Shown: piece by piece, positions 1 through 14,441 of the stretch
How the letters are laid out: the number at the start of each line of letters is the position of its first letter
How positions within the stretch are numbered: position 1 is the stretch's first letter
Assembly: GCF_009914755.1 (NCBI RefSeq)
Contig: NC_060929.1
Reading direction: 5' to 3' (one strand)
Origin: the human T2T-CHM13v2.0 reference genome, Homo sapiens
Length of the DNA stretch: 64,000 nucleotides
Program-made: the position numbers and the translations under genes
The notes under the pieces: generated by a model
What the model was told of the DNA's origin: nothing
What the model saw: the letters and a program-made list of their open reading frames with translations, nothing else
Databases searched by the model: none

Positions 1-549
1 TGGATCCTATTGGAGAGAAGGGACATATTTGAGAGATAATTTAAAATTAAGTAGCATTTATTGGATACTTGTTATGTACCAAACATTTCTGACACATCTC
101 CACAACAGATCTATGAGTTAAGGACTATTTTTATCCTCTCTTTGGATGTGAGAAAACTGAGACCTGAAAAGGTTCGGCAACTTAGCTTAAATCTCACACC
201 TAATAAGTGATGGAGATGAGGTTTGAAGTCAACCTTCAGTTTGGCCCCAGAACCCGTATTTTTGGACCTGATTCTTTGCTGATGCTGTTATACTCTTAGC
301 TCTAAGAGTCTGGCACAGGGCTTGGAACCTGATGGTGCTGTTTAAAGTCTTGCTGGTTGCTGAAAAGATCCAGTGCCAGGCAGAGCACTCTGACTCATCC
401 CCTCTTTCCTGCTGGGACTAGGTCTAGCAAGGGGACTTCTGAGACTGGCACTGCCCCATAGAACCACCAAGCCAACAGTTTCCTGAGCAGACATCCTGTA
501 TTCCGAAGTGCCCAATCCCTTCCCCCTGCCCCTGTCTCTCAGCCCTCAC

Positions 550-671
550 CTTCTCAAACTCGCCAATGGGGGCTGGGCAGCTGGTGGGGTCCTGGCACAC
601 GCACATGGGGGTGTTGTTCTCATCCAGCTCGCACACCTTGCCGTGTTTGCAGTGGTGGTTCTGGCAGGGAT
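550..671 (-). CDS. SPARC: SPARC exon 5 (122 bp), N-terminal part of the follistatin-like domain
   Basis: Translates (N)[40 protein letters not shown]; acceptor ctacag|ATC at 671, donor AAG|gtgagg at 550; phase matches exon 4. Confidence 0.99.
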
Positions 672-2105
672 CTGTAGGGCAGAAAGACAAGGGAGTTAGC
701 ATCACCTGGACTAGCACATCCACCCCCATCCTACCTGGACAGATCTCAGGGCTGACAGTCCTTGACTGTGGCCCCCACTCTGGGCTTTGGACAGCCCTGA
801 GTCCTGCCTGCTCTTGCACTGAGCCTCACAGTCAACATTTAGGGCAGCAGCTGGTTCAGCCTGGGGATTAGAGGTTTAGCTTGAGATAGAGGTCAGGCAC
901 TTCTGGGGGGCTGGAGGCTCAGTCTGGGACCCAGAAACACTAGATACCATATGGCTTTCCTGAAGATTGAAGCAACCATTGTGTTCCTGGGTCTCCATTG
1001 AACAATCACAGTGGGGCATTTCTGGATTCCAGAATAAGCTTTCTAGAATGGCTTAGAAAGTCAGCTGTTGACACTGAGCCAGGGAGCTGAGGCCCAACAA
1101 AACAGACTTAAGTGGCAGTAAAGGAAAAGGGAGAAGAGCCTCAAAGTCCATGCTGGACAATAGAGCCTGGTAAACACCGGATGAGGTGGGCGTGGAGGCG
1201 GGAAGGAACATGACTCAGTAGATGTCCCTCTGTTCAACAGAAACCCTGTGCCCAGCTAGATCAAATACCATTAGCTATCCCCTCAGGATGAGAGCTTAAT
1301 GTGGCCTTTTCCTCGCAATGCTTTATTTTGGGTGTTTTAATAATCCTTTAGCGGATGCCTACTCAGCTTGTCTGAAAACTTCCCGGCAGCCCTGGGACAA
1401 GGGTCTGCCATCTTCATCAGCCCCATATGAGAGATGAGAAACTGAGGCTCCGAGATGCTAAGCAAGCTGGCGTGGAGAAGCCTAGGTTCAAAGCTTGGTT
1501 GGACCGCTTCCAAAGTCCTTGCTCTTAACCCCTTGAGTACAAATGCTTTGCACCTAGGGCTGGAGCCAGAGCCCCTAGGTCATTTCTCTCCCAGGGCACT
1601 AACGCATGGATAGCATGGTACGGATTATGTCAGGTTGCATTTCCTCAGGACCTCGTTTCCTTGGACTGTGTGAAATAGAATGAGCTTATGAGTGTGCAAG
1701 TTCCTGATCTCTTCTCTCAGTTCTACTTCTCTGTGGGGCACGGGCTGATACAGAAGCAATGGGAGATTTCGGTGACCAGATGTGATCAGCGACCTCCGTG
1801 GGACTGGGAAACTCAGCTTTGGACTCAGGGCAAAGAGCTATGAGGGGAGAAGCCCATTTCCAGCTGGAGAACTCTCCTTCCTACCACACACATGGATGGC
1901 CTGGAAACCGATCTTGCCCAGATCCCAGGGGACTGAGTGCCACAGTTTCCCACTTGTTAAGTCAAAGCCGTGTTTCCTTCATAGCCCACTGAGGACCCCA
2001 CCCTGCATTTCTGCTGGAAGGAGCCTCATGTAGGCTGTCCTCGTGCCCCAGGCCCAGGCAGCCAAGGGCAGCTTGGATGTGCCAAGTTACAGGGAAGGGA
2101 CATAC

Positions 2106-2193
2106 TTTCCGCCACCACCTCCTCTTCGGTTTCCTCTGCACCATCATCAAATTCTCCTACTTCCACCTGGACAGGATTAGCTCCCACAGATAC
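2106..2193 (-). CDS. SPARC: SPARC exon 4 (88 bp), acidic domain
   Basis: [29 protein letters not shown] plus 1 nt; acceptor ttccag|GTA, donor GAAA|gtatgt. Confidence 0.99.
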
Positions 2194-2396
2194 CTGGAAT
2201 TGAGGGAGAAGAATGGGTGAAATGGCCCCACTCCCATCCCAGACCCATAAGGGTAGCTGAAGGGTTCCAGGTCACAGAAAGCACAAACGCAGGGTTGGGA
2301 ATCCAGATTTAATCTATAGGCCTGCTGTGTTTTGCAGTATGCCTGGGATTCTGTTGAGCTGCCTTAGAGGTCACCAGGGGTGTTAGGGAAAGAGAG

Positions 2397-3292
<896 letters not shown>

Positions 3293-3590
3293 TCCTCTGT
3301 TTTACGTTTGCAAAAACTGTGGGTAATCATGGAAGAACAACTGTTGCATAGCTTAAAAAACAAAAATTTTAAGGTCCTGGTCCCCAAACGTAGGGTTCCG
3401 TTGAAGGTTTGGGAAGCATTCAGGAGTGTGTCAGGATGTGGGATATACTCAGGGTTTGCATCTATGCTATGTGTGTACAGGGAGACGAATGCCCCACTCT
3501 AGCATTGAGACCCACAGCATCCGCCCTAATTTCTCAGGGCACAGATACAGGTAGAGAGGGGCTAAGGGGCTGCGGTCACTGCCCACATAC

Positions 3591-3653
3591 CTCAGTCACC
3601 TCTGCCACAGTTTCTTCCACCACCTCTGTCTCATCAGGCAGGGCTTCTTGCTG
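3591..3653 (-). CDS. SPARC: SPARC exon 3 (63 bp), acidic domain
   Basis: QQEALPDETEVVEETVAEVTE; acceptor ccaacag|CAG, donor GAG|gtatgt. Confidence 0.99.
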
Positions 3654-5110
3654 CTGTTGGAAAGAGAAAGTAGCGTTCAGAGGGGTCAGGAATAAGGCCA
3701 GCTTCACCTCCAAAGTGCCTGTGGCCTCGGATACAGGCTAGGGGAGCTTGGAGAGCAGCTTACTGGAGATCCCCAAAGTTGTGCCTCATGGACTGCCATG
3801 GTGAGGGACAGAACAAAGAAGAAGCCAGTCATGTGAGCACCGTGGAACACTCAAGCAGCTCCCATTTTATATATTTTATATCCTAGGTGTCTACCTAAGA
3901 TTTAGCTTGGAAAAGTATTTCTGCTGCTTTGAATTCTTATAAAGTCTGAAAATCACTGATCCAGACCAATTCTTTCACTTTACAGATAGGAAAATTGACA
4001 TCCAGAGGGGATGACACTGTGAATTTTAACAGATGTCATCATCTTCCTCACAGTGTGATATTATTAGTAGTATTATTAGGCAATTTTTCTTGCCATTTCA
4101 ACTTGGAGTAGGAGGAAGCAAGAAAACACACAACTTTGAGGCCCTTAGCTGGCTGGAGCTGCTTCAAAACTTAATGCCAACTTTGAGAAACTTTTGCCTC
4201 CATCTACCAGCCTGATCAAGATTGCCAGGGTCTGCCATCACTCCCACTTCTTAGTAAACAGAGGATGAGGGGATCACAGGTTGAAAGAAATTGCACTTTT
4301 TGCCTGCCCTGTTTCTTCCTCCTCTCCTTGTGAAGGCTTCCAGATGAGCTGTGGATAACTACTCCTGTCCCTGCATGCAATGCTTCGAGGAACTGTCTGT
4401 CAATCAAGGGGCCCCACTCTCACCTGGCCAAGAAGCTGGCTCAGGACCCAAGCTCAGCCAGATTGGCTCTCATTTTTTGAATTTATAAAAACCTTCTTGG
4501 CACATTCTCTCAAGATGTGAAAATTGCTGGAGTTGATTCATTCAGACAGCAATATCTCAGAGACTGTCCATTAGTTCTTAACTCCCAAAGCCTAGAGCTG
4601 CCCTTTTCCAGTCCTCCCCAAGGCCTTTAATATTATAATCTACCTCTGTATCTTCCCCTCCTTCCCCAATTTAGTCAGATTGAACTGTTGCTTACAACCA
4701 AACAACCCTCACTGTTTCAGAAGCCAACACATTCCTCTCTCTATAGCTTGAATCTCTTCTAATACCACCCCTACCAGAAATCCCCCACATCCTGTCTCCT
4801 GCCTGCTTGAATTCCTCATATGACAAAGAGGTCATTTCCTTCTAAAGCAATCCTAGTTCATTGCTGGGAGGCTCTGACTACTAAGAAGTTTATCTAACAT
4901 TACATGGAACTCTCTCTTCTCTGATACCTCCACCCAATGGTCCTCATCCCAGTTTTTATCCCGAGCTTCCTAACTTAAGAAAAAAAAAAGACCACTAACT
5001 TGAAATGGGGAAGTCCCTGTTCCCTTTCAGCATCCAGGGCTGGCAGGCTCAGAACCCCTGGTGCTAGCGGTAGGAATGAAAACAAGAAGACATGATATTT
5101 AGGTACTTAC

Positions 5111-5167
5111 AGGGGCTGCCAAGGCCCTCCCGGCCAGGCAAAGGAGAAAGAAGATCCAGGCCCTCAT
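5111..5167 (-). CDS. SPARC: SPARC exon 2 coding part: start codon and signal peptide (whole exon 5111-5180)
   Basis: catag|GGTTCCCAGCACC-ATG; MRAWIFFLLCLAGRALAAP; donor CCT|gtaagt; ACC before the ATG. Confidence 0.99.
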
Positions 5168-8100
5168 GGTGCTGGGAACCCTATGGGGAGGAGAGATTGA
5201 GAGTTCAGTGAGGGTGAGACTTCCTTATGGAGATTTCCTTCTGAATTCCTGATATGTGCAAGATAATGTTAGATGGTACAAGTTAAATGATAGTGAAAAA
5301 CATGAGGAGGTTGGTTCCATTTAATATTCTTTCAATTCTGCTTATATGAGAAGAAAGTCTCAGTTTGGTGCCAAGATGTCTTAAACACCTCCTTTATACT
5401 CATCTATCTCCTTTTTTAACAAAAAGAGAATAAGCCTCCAGCTCAGAGCTTCCACAGGAAGTTATATCCAGCTGGAACTGAATCAAGTTGTTTTGTTTTT
5501 TTTATGTGTTTGTTTTTACAGTTTCCTTCTATTTATGACAAAGGTACACAGAGTTTTTTCCATTTATGGTAGTGATATAAAATCTGCTTTTGTAATACAT
5601 TTATTAAAGTTTTTGCAAAGTGATTCAACTAAGGTGATGGGCTAACTAGTTAAGTTTGGGCAATGCCAAACCAGATCATCTTCAAGGTCCCTTCAATCCC
5701 TGATATTCTAAAATTATTTTTTTCCCTAAACCCAATCTCTCCTCTTCCTCCTCTGTCGCCTCCTCCCCCTCCTTCCTACTCCCTCTGCAATGGGAGAAGT
5801 TAATAGGCAGGAACTTCTTGCCAGTTTGGGACAATGAGATCCACATTCTAAAACAAAGAACAATAGTCTTGGAATGTAACCCATGGAAACTTGAGGGTGG
5901 CCACATTTTTCTCCATTCTACCCAGAAGAGACAGCACTTCTTTAGGTCCTGTACGGAAACCATCCAGATGCTTCCATGTGTTGCAGAGGGGATGTTAGCT
6001 GAGATCTAGAAAATACCTCTGTTCTGGTAACTGTTAAGGCCTCATTCTCTAAATGCCAAGCTCTAGACTCTAATACTCTCATGACTATAAGGGATTTTGG
6101 AGCAGTATCTCCTCTGAGGATTCAAAACTAAAATGCTATTCCTAACAGAGGCTCTGTGGTGGAGACATTTCATTTCTTGCACTAACTAAATGGCTTTTCA
6201 TTCTCAAGTGACTTTAGAAAGTTCTTTCTTTTACTGATCTAAATGTGCCTCCCTCAAACTTTCTGATCTGTCTACCCCATCTCCCCTGCAGCCACAAAGA
6301 ACAAACCTGCTCTCTCTACCCACAAATAACCTTCCATCAGGAGCAACAGTGGCCATGTCTTCCCTCTTTCTTCTCCCAAAACCTCCCTGTCAGGCTCATC
6401 ATCCCTTATTTCTTCCAAGACTTCTCAACTGACCAAATGGTGGTGGGAGGTAACCCGGCATCATGGAGAAAAATACTCAGCTTGAAATTAAATGCCAGGG
6501 GGTCTTGTTCTACCACAGTAGTATCAAGTCTTTTGGTCTCTCTAGACCTTGGTTCCCCCATCTATCAATTGAAATGGGTAGACTAGGTGAACTTTGAAGT
6601 GGCAGCCTCGGTCCTTAAAATGCTCTTAAGACACCCCAAGCACATTCTGGTCTTGACACATATGGTCTCCTCTGGGATCATATGTCTTCACTTGTACTAT
6701 AGCATTTGGGAAGCAGAAACAGGCAGAGGAAGAGCCCACTTCATAATGGTCCTTTCTTGGGCTTAAAGAGACACAAAACCTCACCCCCTATTGCACAGAG
6801 TGAATGAAGTAAAACTAACAGAAATGTAAAGGACCTGGGGGTTTGGTATTGCTTCACAATAACCCCAACTTCCAGAGGAGTCTAGTCTTCCCTTTTGAGG
6901 CAGCTTGTGGAATGTTCCTCCCCTCACACAGTTGTTCACTTGTTCCCCAGGCTTAAGTGGAAAAATCTCCCTTCTTGCTTCCCCTTTTGGAAGACGCAAG
7001 ATAAATAACTCCTGCATGTGGCTTGGGACAAATGGAACAGAAAAGAAAACATCAAGGAAGGACTTGTCTGAGATAGTTTGAGGTTGAAGGATCAAAGTGA
7101 AATAGCAGCTAAAACAAAACAAAACAAAAAGTTACCCTGTCTGAGCTATAATGACAGGGAAGTCATGTTATTGAAGAAATAGCCCAGCTAGGACTGGAAA
7201 TGTAGTAAGCTTCAGATTAGAAAGACAGGAAGACAGACATTTCCCTGAGTCTGCGTCCTTCATATGAGCAGAGTAACCGCGCTCCCCTCTGTGACCAGGG
7301 GAAGGTTTCGCTGGGCGGCTCTTCTGTCTGTCCTGCCTCCTCATCTTCCTGAATTCCTTTTCCAGCTGCACACTCACCCTCCCTGCCACCCCCATCCCTG
7401 CTGTTGCAGCCAGAAGAGAAAAATAACTCTAAGTCTTATAGTGCTGCTTCATAGTTTCTAAAGCACTGTCACATAACACTGTCTCCTAGAGCCTTCTGAC
7501 AATGCTGGGAAGTAGGCAGACAGGCATGGAAGGGTTCTTAGTCCCACTGTCCTAATGGGGAATCTGAGGTTGAGAGGGAGGAAGCACTTGTCCAAAGTCA
7601 TGCAACAATTCAGGCCCTCTCCAAATAGGCAAGCGTTCTCACTCATGGAGTTGGGGTGAGCCTAATAGGAATTACGCTCAGACAAGTGGGAGTGGGGGAG
7701 AAATGCAGAGAGACTGTTAAGAACAGAACGCAAAATCTTGGAATACACCTTCAAAGTTTTGGAAGAAAACTGTAAACACAAACACAAAATCTGGGTCCTG
7801 CCCAGCACCCGGTGCTACACCACCAGTCCAAGAGCACTTTTCCCCCAGATGATGAGATGGGAGGGAAGGGAAGCGGCTGAACTATTCCAGATGCACAGCC
7901 ATCTCCCTGCCTCCCCACGAGATACCTCTCTGAGGCTCTCTAAACTACCACTGACCAAAGAGCCCTGTGTCCATCCTGCAAAGCTAATGGAGTATAACAG
8001 TCACCCCAGCAAGGTCAGAACACAGTATCAAACCCCAGCATTCAGAACTCACAGCTGTGATCCTTTGCCAATCAAACCTAGGTGTAGCGTGCCTGGCGAA

Positions 8101-8934
8101 AATTTAAATTCCCTTCATATAAATGACCAATATTAAACAAAAACTCCCTCCTTTGTATTTCTTTAGTCTGTGATGATGCATACATTTATCATTTTCAGGG
8201 TGTTTTCATAATCCAGCACCCCACTGGGGGCTCAAGTCACATATTTCTGCCCAATAGTACAGATGAGAAGACCAAGGCCTAGAGGAAAGGAGAAAACTGC
8301 CAACGGCTAATAGCAGTGAGTGAGTGACTGGGTGGCAGGGCTAGGGTGAGAACCCGTGCAACCCTACCCCACCACTGGTATGTCTCTACCTCTGCACACT
8401 ATTTCCCTTGGCAGCTACCCGCTCCCAGGTGGTCACCTGAATGGGGCTCAGTTGGGCCTTGAACTGGCCTGAGTTCCTGGGAAGGAAAATGCCCAGGGCC
8501 AGGGGAGGAAGAGAAGGCATATTTCCCTTGGCATGGTGGCCATCAAATGCAGACAGTTTTAGCCCCCTCCCAGCCGCCACTGCCTCCTGTTCCGTACATC
8601 GAGTCCCTTCCTTTTGCCTTTATTTGCTCTGGAGACTGCTGAAAACCCGTCCTTGGCTGCCAGCAGGACCTGAAGCTGAGGTCACTTCTCTCTCTGGAAA
8701 GACTCTGAGGATGGAAAAGTACAGCCAGCCCCCAGGTTTGTCCCTCAAAACATAAAGGGCCTCCTTTGGGCTCTCCTTGGACGTTAAAAAGCCACTGAAC
8801 GTTAGAACAGGGGGGATACCTCAGAATCATAGAATCATGGACTGTGGGTCTCAGAATGATAGACTTAGGATGTGAAGCAAAGAAACTGAGTTGCCATCAT
8901 TAAATCTTATTTGGGTGGAAAGAACTTATGGAGT

Positions 8935-9573
<639 letters not shown>

Positions 9574-9589
9574 GTGATAATAAACTATG

Positions 9590-9830
9590 AGGCAGTATAG
9601 CATAAAGGTAAGCTCATAGGCTCTGGAGCCAGAATATACAGGTTCAAATCCTGGCTCACCACTTAGTAATTGTATGACCTTTAGAAATCAACTTTACCTC
9701 TTGGGGCCTCAATTTGTTCCCCAATGTGTAAAATGGAAACAATAACATACCAATCTTTAAAGGCTCATGGGTGATTTACACAAGAGAATCCAAATAAAGA
9801 GGTAAGCAATGTTGTCGTTGGGAAGAGCAT
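9590..9830 (+). mobile_element. MIR
   Basis: cagtatagcat..ctctggagccaga..ggttcaaatcctggctc..tgtaaaatgg core. Confidence 0.8.
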
Positions 9831-10574
9831 CTTATAAAGTCCGAGGTTCCCAGAATCTCCATCCCCCGAAAGAATTCAGTGCAAAATTCCAGTGCTTTAT
9901 AAGCCCAGGGAGAAAGGGGTGTTTGGGTGGAACAAAGGACATATTGCCCCTGTTGGTCTGGGTAAGTCCAGCCTCCAGAGGATACAGTGACGAAGACCAG
10001 GCCCAGGGCTGGCCTCTTACTTGGGCAGCTGATACCAGCCAAGCATCTCACTCTCACTATTTGGCTTGGAAACAAGGGCTCCAAAAACACATGTTGCTGG
10101 TAAACAAGCCCAAAGAGAGGAAAACAAGCCTAGAGGCTAATAAAGGAAGCCAAGAGCCAGGCCCTCCAGGGAGTTGGGACTCGGAAGGAGCCTGGGGTCT
10201 GCTGACATGGGGACCGAGCCAGGCAGGCCAGAGAGGTGGCCACATGCAGCTACAATGGCACTCCTGCTCACACCCCTGGGAGCAGACACAGCAGCTCAGA
10301 GGTGGCCTCATGACGTGGAAGTCAGGAGAGCTGAGAGCAAGTCAGCATGTCTCCCAGCTCACTGTGCGAATTCAGGGGAGTCTCCTCTGCTCTCCAGAAC
10401 TAACACCCCCAGCTTGTCTGTATAAGGTCAGTGCTCAAAATTATGTAAGCCAGAAAATCCTTTATTTCAATGAAGTCTTCTGCAGAGTCCGATATTTCAA
10501 ACAGCTGAAATCTTTTAGCATGTACTGAACCATGTGAATGAGTATTATCTAGTTAATCAATAAGTGTGAAATTA

Positions 10575-10895
<321 letters not shown>

Positions 10896-11429
10896 CAGAT
10901 AAAAGTGGAGTGGAGCTGAGGAGTGGGAGTCCTACACACAGGGACATTCCCTAAGATACCTTGGAACATCTGTACTTTCTCCTAGGAACACAATATGGAA
11001 CCCTTAGGCAAGGTGGTCCTTTAGGTTCTTTTCAGCTCTGATTTTCCGGATCAACTTGGGCAGAAGCTTTTTAGAGCCTTACCTCTCTCCACTTGCCCCT
11101 TGACTCCCTGCTTCCACTTCTATTTCCTGCTGGAAGGAAAGACGCTAAAGGAAACTTTTAAGGTGTGGTAGCTAAAACTTAGGACTGGAGAGCTTCTGGG
11201 GCAACTCAGAGGTGGCTCCAGAGTTTGGGGCTGGAATCAGCCCGAGATTCCATAAAGACATCTGAGATGCCACATTTCACTGTGGCTAGCAGAGGCTGGG
11301 GTGGAGCTTCAGGCTTCATCCTTGGCTCCCTCTAGGGCACCGCTGCTGCATTGTGGTGACCACAAATGAAAGGATGAGAAATAACATCAAAGTGTCCAGG
11401 CTATTGCATCTGGAAAAGCCTCCGAGATC

Positions 11430-11630
11430 CCAAAGATAGCAAATATGTGGCATATGTGACAAACACGTGGCCTCCACCTACCCCTCCTGCACATGTGGCA
11501 GACATTACTAATCAATCGCTTGACCTCTTCTCCTAAAGCTTAGAGAGTCATCAGAATCCTGAACACAGTTCTTCTGACAGCCACTACCGATGAATTAGTG
11601 ATGTTGTCAGGCCACATGAAACCTCTGTGT
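11430..11630. mobile_element. MER102-like hAT-Charlie element
   Basis: gtggcagacattactaatcaatc..cagaatcct..cagccactacc resembles the MER102 consensus. Confidence 0.6.
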
Positions 11631-14368
11631 GCTGCCTCTTATTGTAGAGGTAGAGAAATTGAGGCTTAGAGAAGGAAAATACCTCACTGGAGGTCACACG
11701 GCAAGCTGGTGTCTAAGCCAAATTTCCAGATGTTCAAAAACATCCAGATGTTTGCTTTGCTTTTTTTATCTGATAGGTCTGAAATCCTAATGCCATGACT
11801 AACATCAAGATGACCCAGAGTGATCCCCAGATGAGAGAAGTTAATACCAAGTTTCTGAAAGAAACCAGCTCTGACAACAATTGTTGTCTATGTTCATGTT
11901 TTCCTTGCAGACATAAAGTTCTATAGCTTGATGGGTGAGAGCAGAGATGATTTCCTGTCTAAGCTGCCAGTTGAGGAGAGGCTGTTTCTCTAAATAATTC
12001 CGTCAAGTCACTACTTGCTGGCCCTGGCCCTGCACAGCCCAGCTGTCCCTGGGTTCAGGATTGAGGTTGGGAGGGAGGGAGGGAGGGAGGGAGGCATCAG
12101 GGTCTGTGCTGTAGAAACAAGGTCCTCAGGGTTGCTGAAAGCTCAAGGCTGGTTTTCCCTTCTCTCCTTTGAAACTGACGTTTGGGAGGGAGCCAGCTAG
12201 AAGCAAGGGAGCAGCCGCCTACAGGCACATCATGCAGGGCCTTTGGGCCTAATGACAAAGCCACGTGGGCTGGAATAGGCATTGCAGGCCAGCCAACGGG
12301 AGAGACAAAGTGCTGCTCACCACTTAGTATCCATGGGGCTTGTGTGCATAAGTGTGTTTCCAAACTGAACAAATGGGGATTGGGGGGGAAGGCAAGGTGA
12401 ATATCAAAATGGCTCCAAACACGTGGAAGTTTGGCTCAGACGCCAGCTTGCTATGTGACCTCCAGTGAGTTATTTTCTCTTCCTGAGCCTCAGTTTCTCT
12501 CTCTCTGAGACATAGAGGTGGTTGGTGATAAATGTAGGTTACACGTCTGTCTCATTGTCATGATCCATATTATGTTTGACTGTGCATATGTTTGACTGTG
12601 CACATCCATCCATGTGTGGCTGCAAGTGGCGGTGTGTGTTTGTATACCTGATGGCATGTCTGTGTAAGTTACATACAGCCTGACTTAGCATCTGTCTGTT
12701 TCAGCCTGTAATAGGCGAGGGTCAGAATTTTCACATTCATTGAGATATATTCCTGGAACTTGTCTGTAAATCATTGTCATCCAGGAAGAGGTGTGTGAGT
12801 GAATGACTTTCTGTGTCTGCTCCTGTAATGAGGCACTTATTTTTAGCTGAGCCAGTGGGTGCCTGTTGATGAAATCGATGTTTATACTCTTCATCCCTAT
12901 GGGTTTGTACCTGTCCCTGTTTATCTCTGCATATTTATCTACCTACATAAACAACTTCAAAAGCCAAATATTCTACTGTTTACCTCACATCCTCAGCTCT
13001 TTCCTTTCCTTCACCATTCTTTCTTATTTATAGCTTGTTTTCAGCAAGGAAAGCTGCTCTCATGAATAGCAAACCCCAGCCACACTGTTGATTGACAAAT
13101 CTCTACAGATGGATAAGGATTACAGCATGATGGTTATGCAACTCAAGATCCCCTAGCCCATCTTTTCTTGTTTTCTTTTCAACTGGGGGTGCAGTAAGGC
13201 GGTGTTAAAAATGCAGGCAAGCTATTCCTTTGAATAAAAGCGGTATCTGGGATTTAGGTTTATAGGACTTCAGAGTTAGAAGGGTGCCTGGGAAATCATC
13301 TAGCTTAGAAACTCTATTTAACAGTTTGGGAAACTGCAGCCTCAAGAGAGGAAGTGTCTTTCCCAATGTCAGGCACTGGGAGTTAGAACACACTTTTTTT
13401 TTTTTTTTCACCCTTGGCCAATGCTTTTCCTACATAGAGGGCACAACAGTCTTGGGAAATACACAAGAAGTTCCCCAAATCAAAATGAAGATAAACAATA
13501 TTATGATTTTAAAATTTTTCCTGTCAGTACTTCTAGTAAAGGAAAGTTCTATACAAACCCCAAGATGATGGAGCTGCCAGGAAAAAAAAAAAAAAAAAAA
13601 GCTGAGAATGATTTCACTAGGTCTTTGGATGCCTTTAATCCATCAGTTCTAAAACCCTTTGCATTATGAGGGAATGCCACAATTCGCAAAGTGCTTCCCT
13701 GTGCATTATCCCATTTCTTCTACACACTATCTACCCCCTAGAGGTGGCTGCTGTTACTGTTCTTTAACTGTAGAGGGAATGGGGCCCAGAAAGAAGTATT
13801 AGTTCAAGGTCAAATGGTACCTTCAGGGCACAGCCAGAGCTAAAACCCAGGTCTTCAAACACCCTTGCAAGGAGATTATCATGGCCCAAGGCTTCCCCGG
13901 AATCCTGAGAGATCACAAGGGCAGGGCCTAGAATTTGCTGCAGGCCTTGAATTTGGGGGTGGGGTACGTTCAGACTGATGTTCTTAGAGGGTTTCAAGGG
14001 TCCCCTCCAGCCAGCAGGCAGAGACCCTGAAAAAAAGGTTACCGTGGCAACTCGCATTCCTCGGAGAGTGAGTCAGGCAGAGAAGAGCCTTCTGGTGGGT
14101 GGGACTTGGAGAAAGTTTCAAAAGTTGATTCCTTCTCCAGGCAACCCCCTTCTTCTCCTCCCTCCCCCTCTTTGCTCTAGGCTATGTCGATGTGGCAGCT
14201 GATAGCTGAGAGTTAACTCTCTCTTTCCTCAACCACTCCCTTTTCAGAAGGCTTCATCCTCCAGCAAATACACACATTTGTTACCAGTCCTCACTCCATC
14301 CCCACGTCATGCCCTCTAATCCATTTGAGAATATCTTAAAGCTGAAAGCTGTGACCACCCATATTCAT

Positions 14369-14374
14369 CCTCTC

Positions 14375-14438
<64 letters not shown>
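14369..14438. repeat. Compound (CT)n(CA)n microsatellite in intron 1
   Basis: Read directly. Confidence 0.97.

Positions 14439-14441
<3 letters not shown>

Noticed and set aside
424-819. 131-aa ORF containing a Cys-rich motif
   Set aside because: Only 550-671 is coding (SPARC exon 5); the rest is open intronic frame beyond the splice sites.
9809-10528. Longest ORF in the track (239 aa, plus strand)
   Set aside because: Non-ATG start within a MIR tail, antisense in intron 1, no recognisable domain; consistent with chance.
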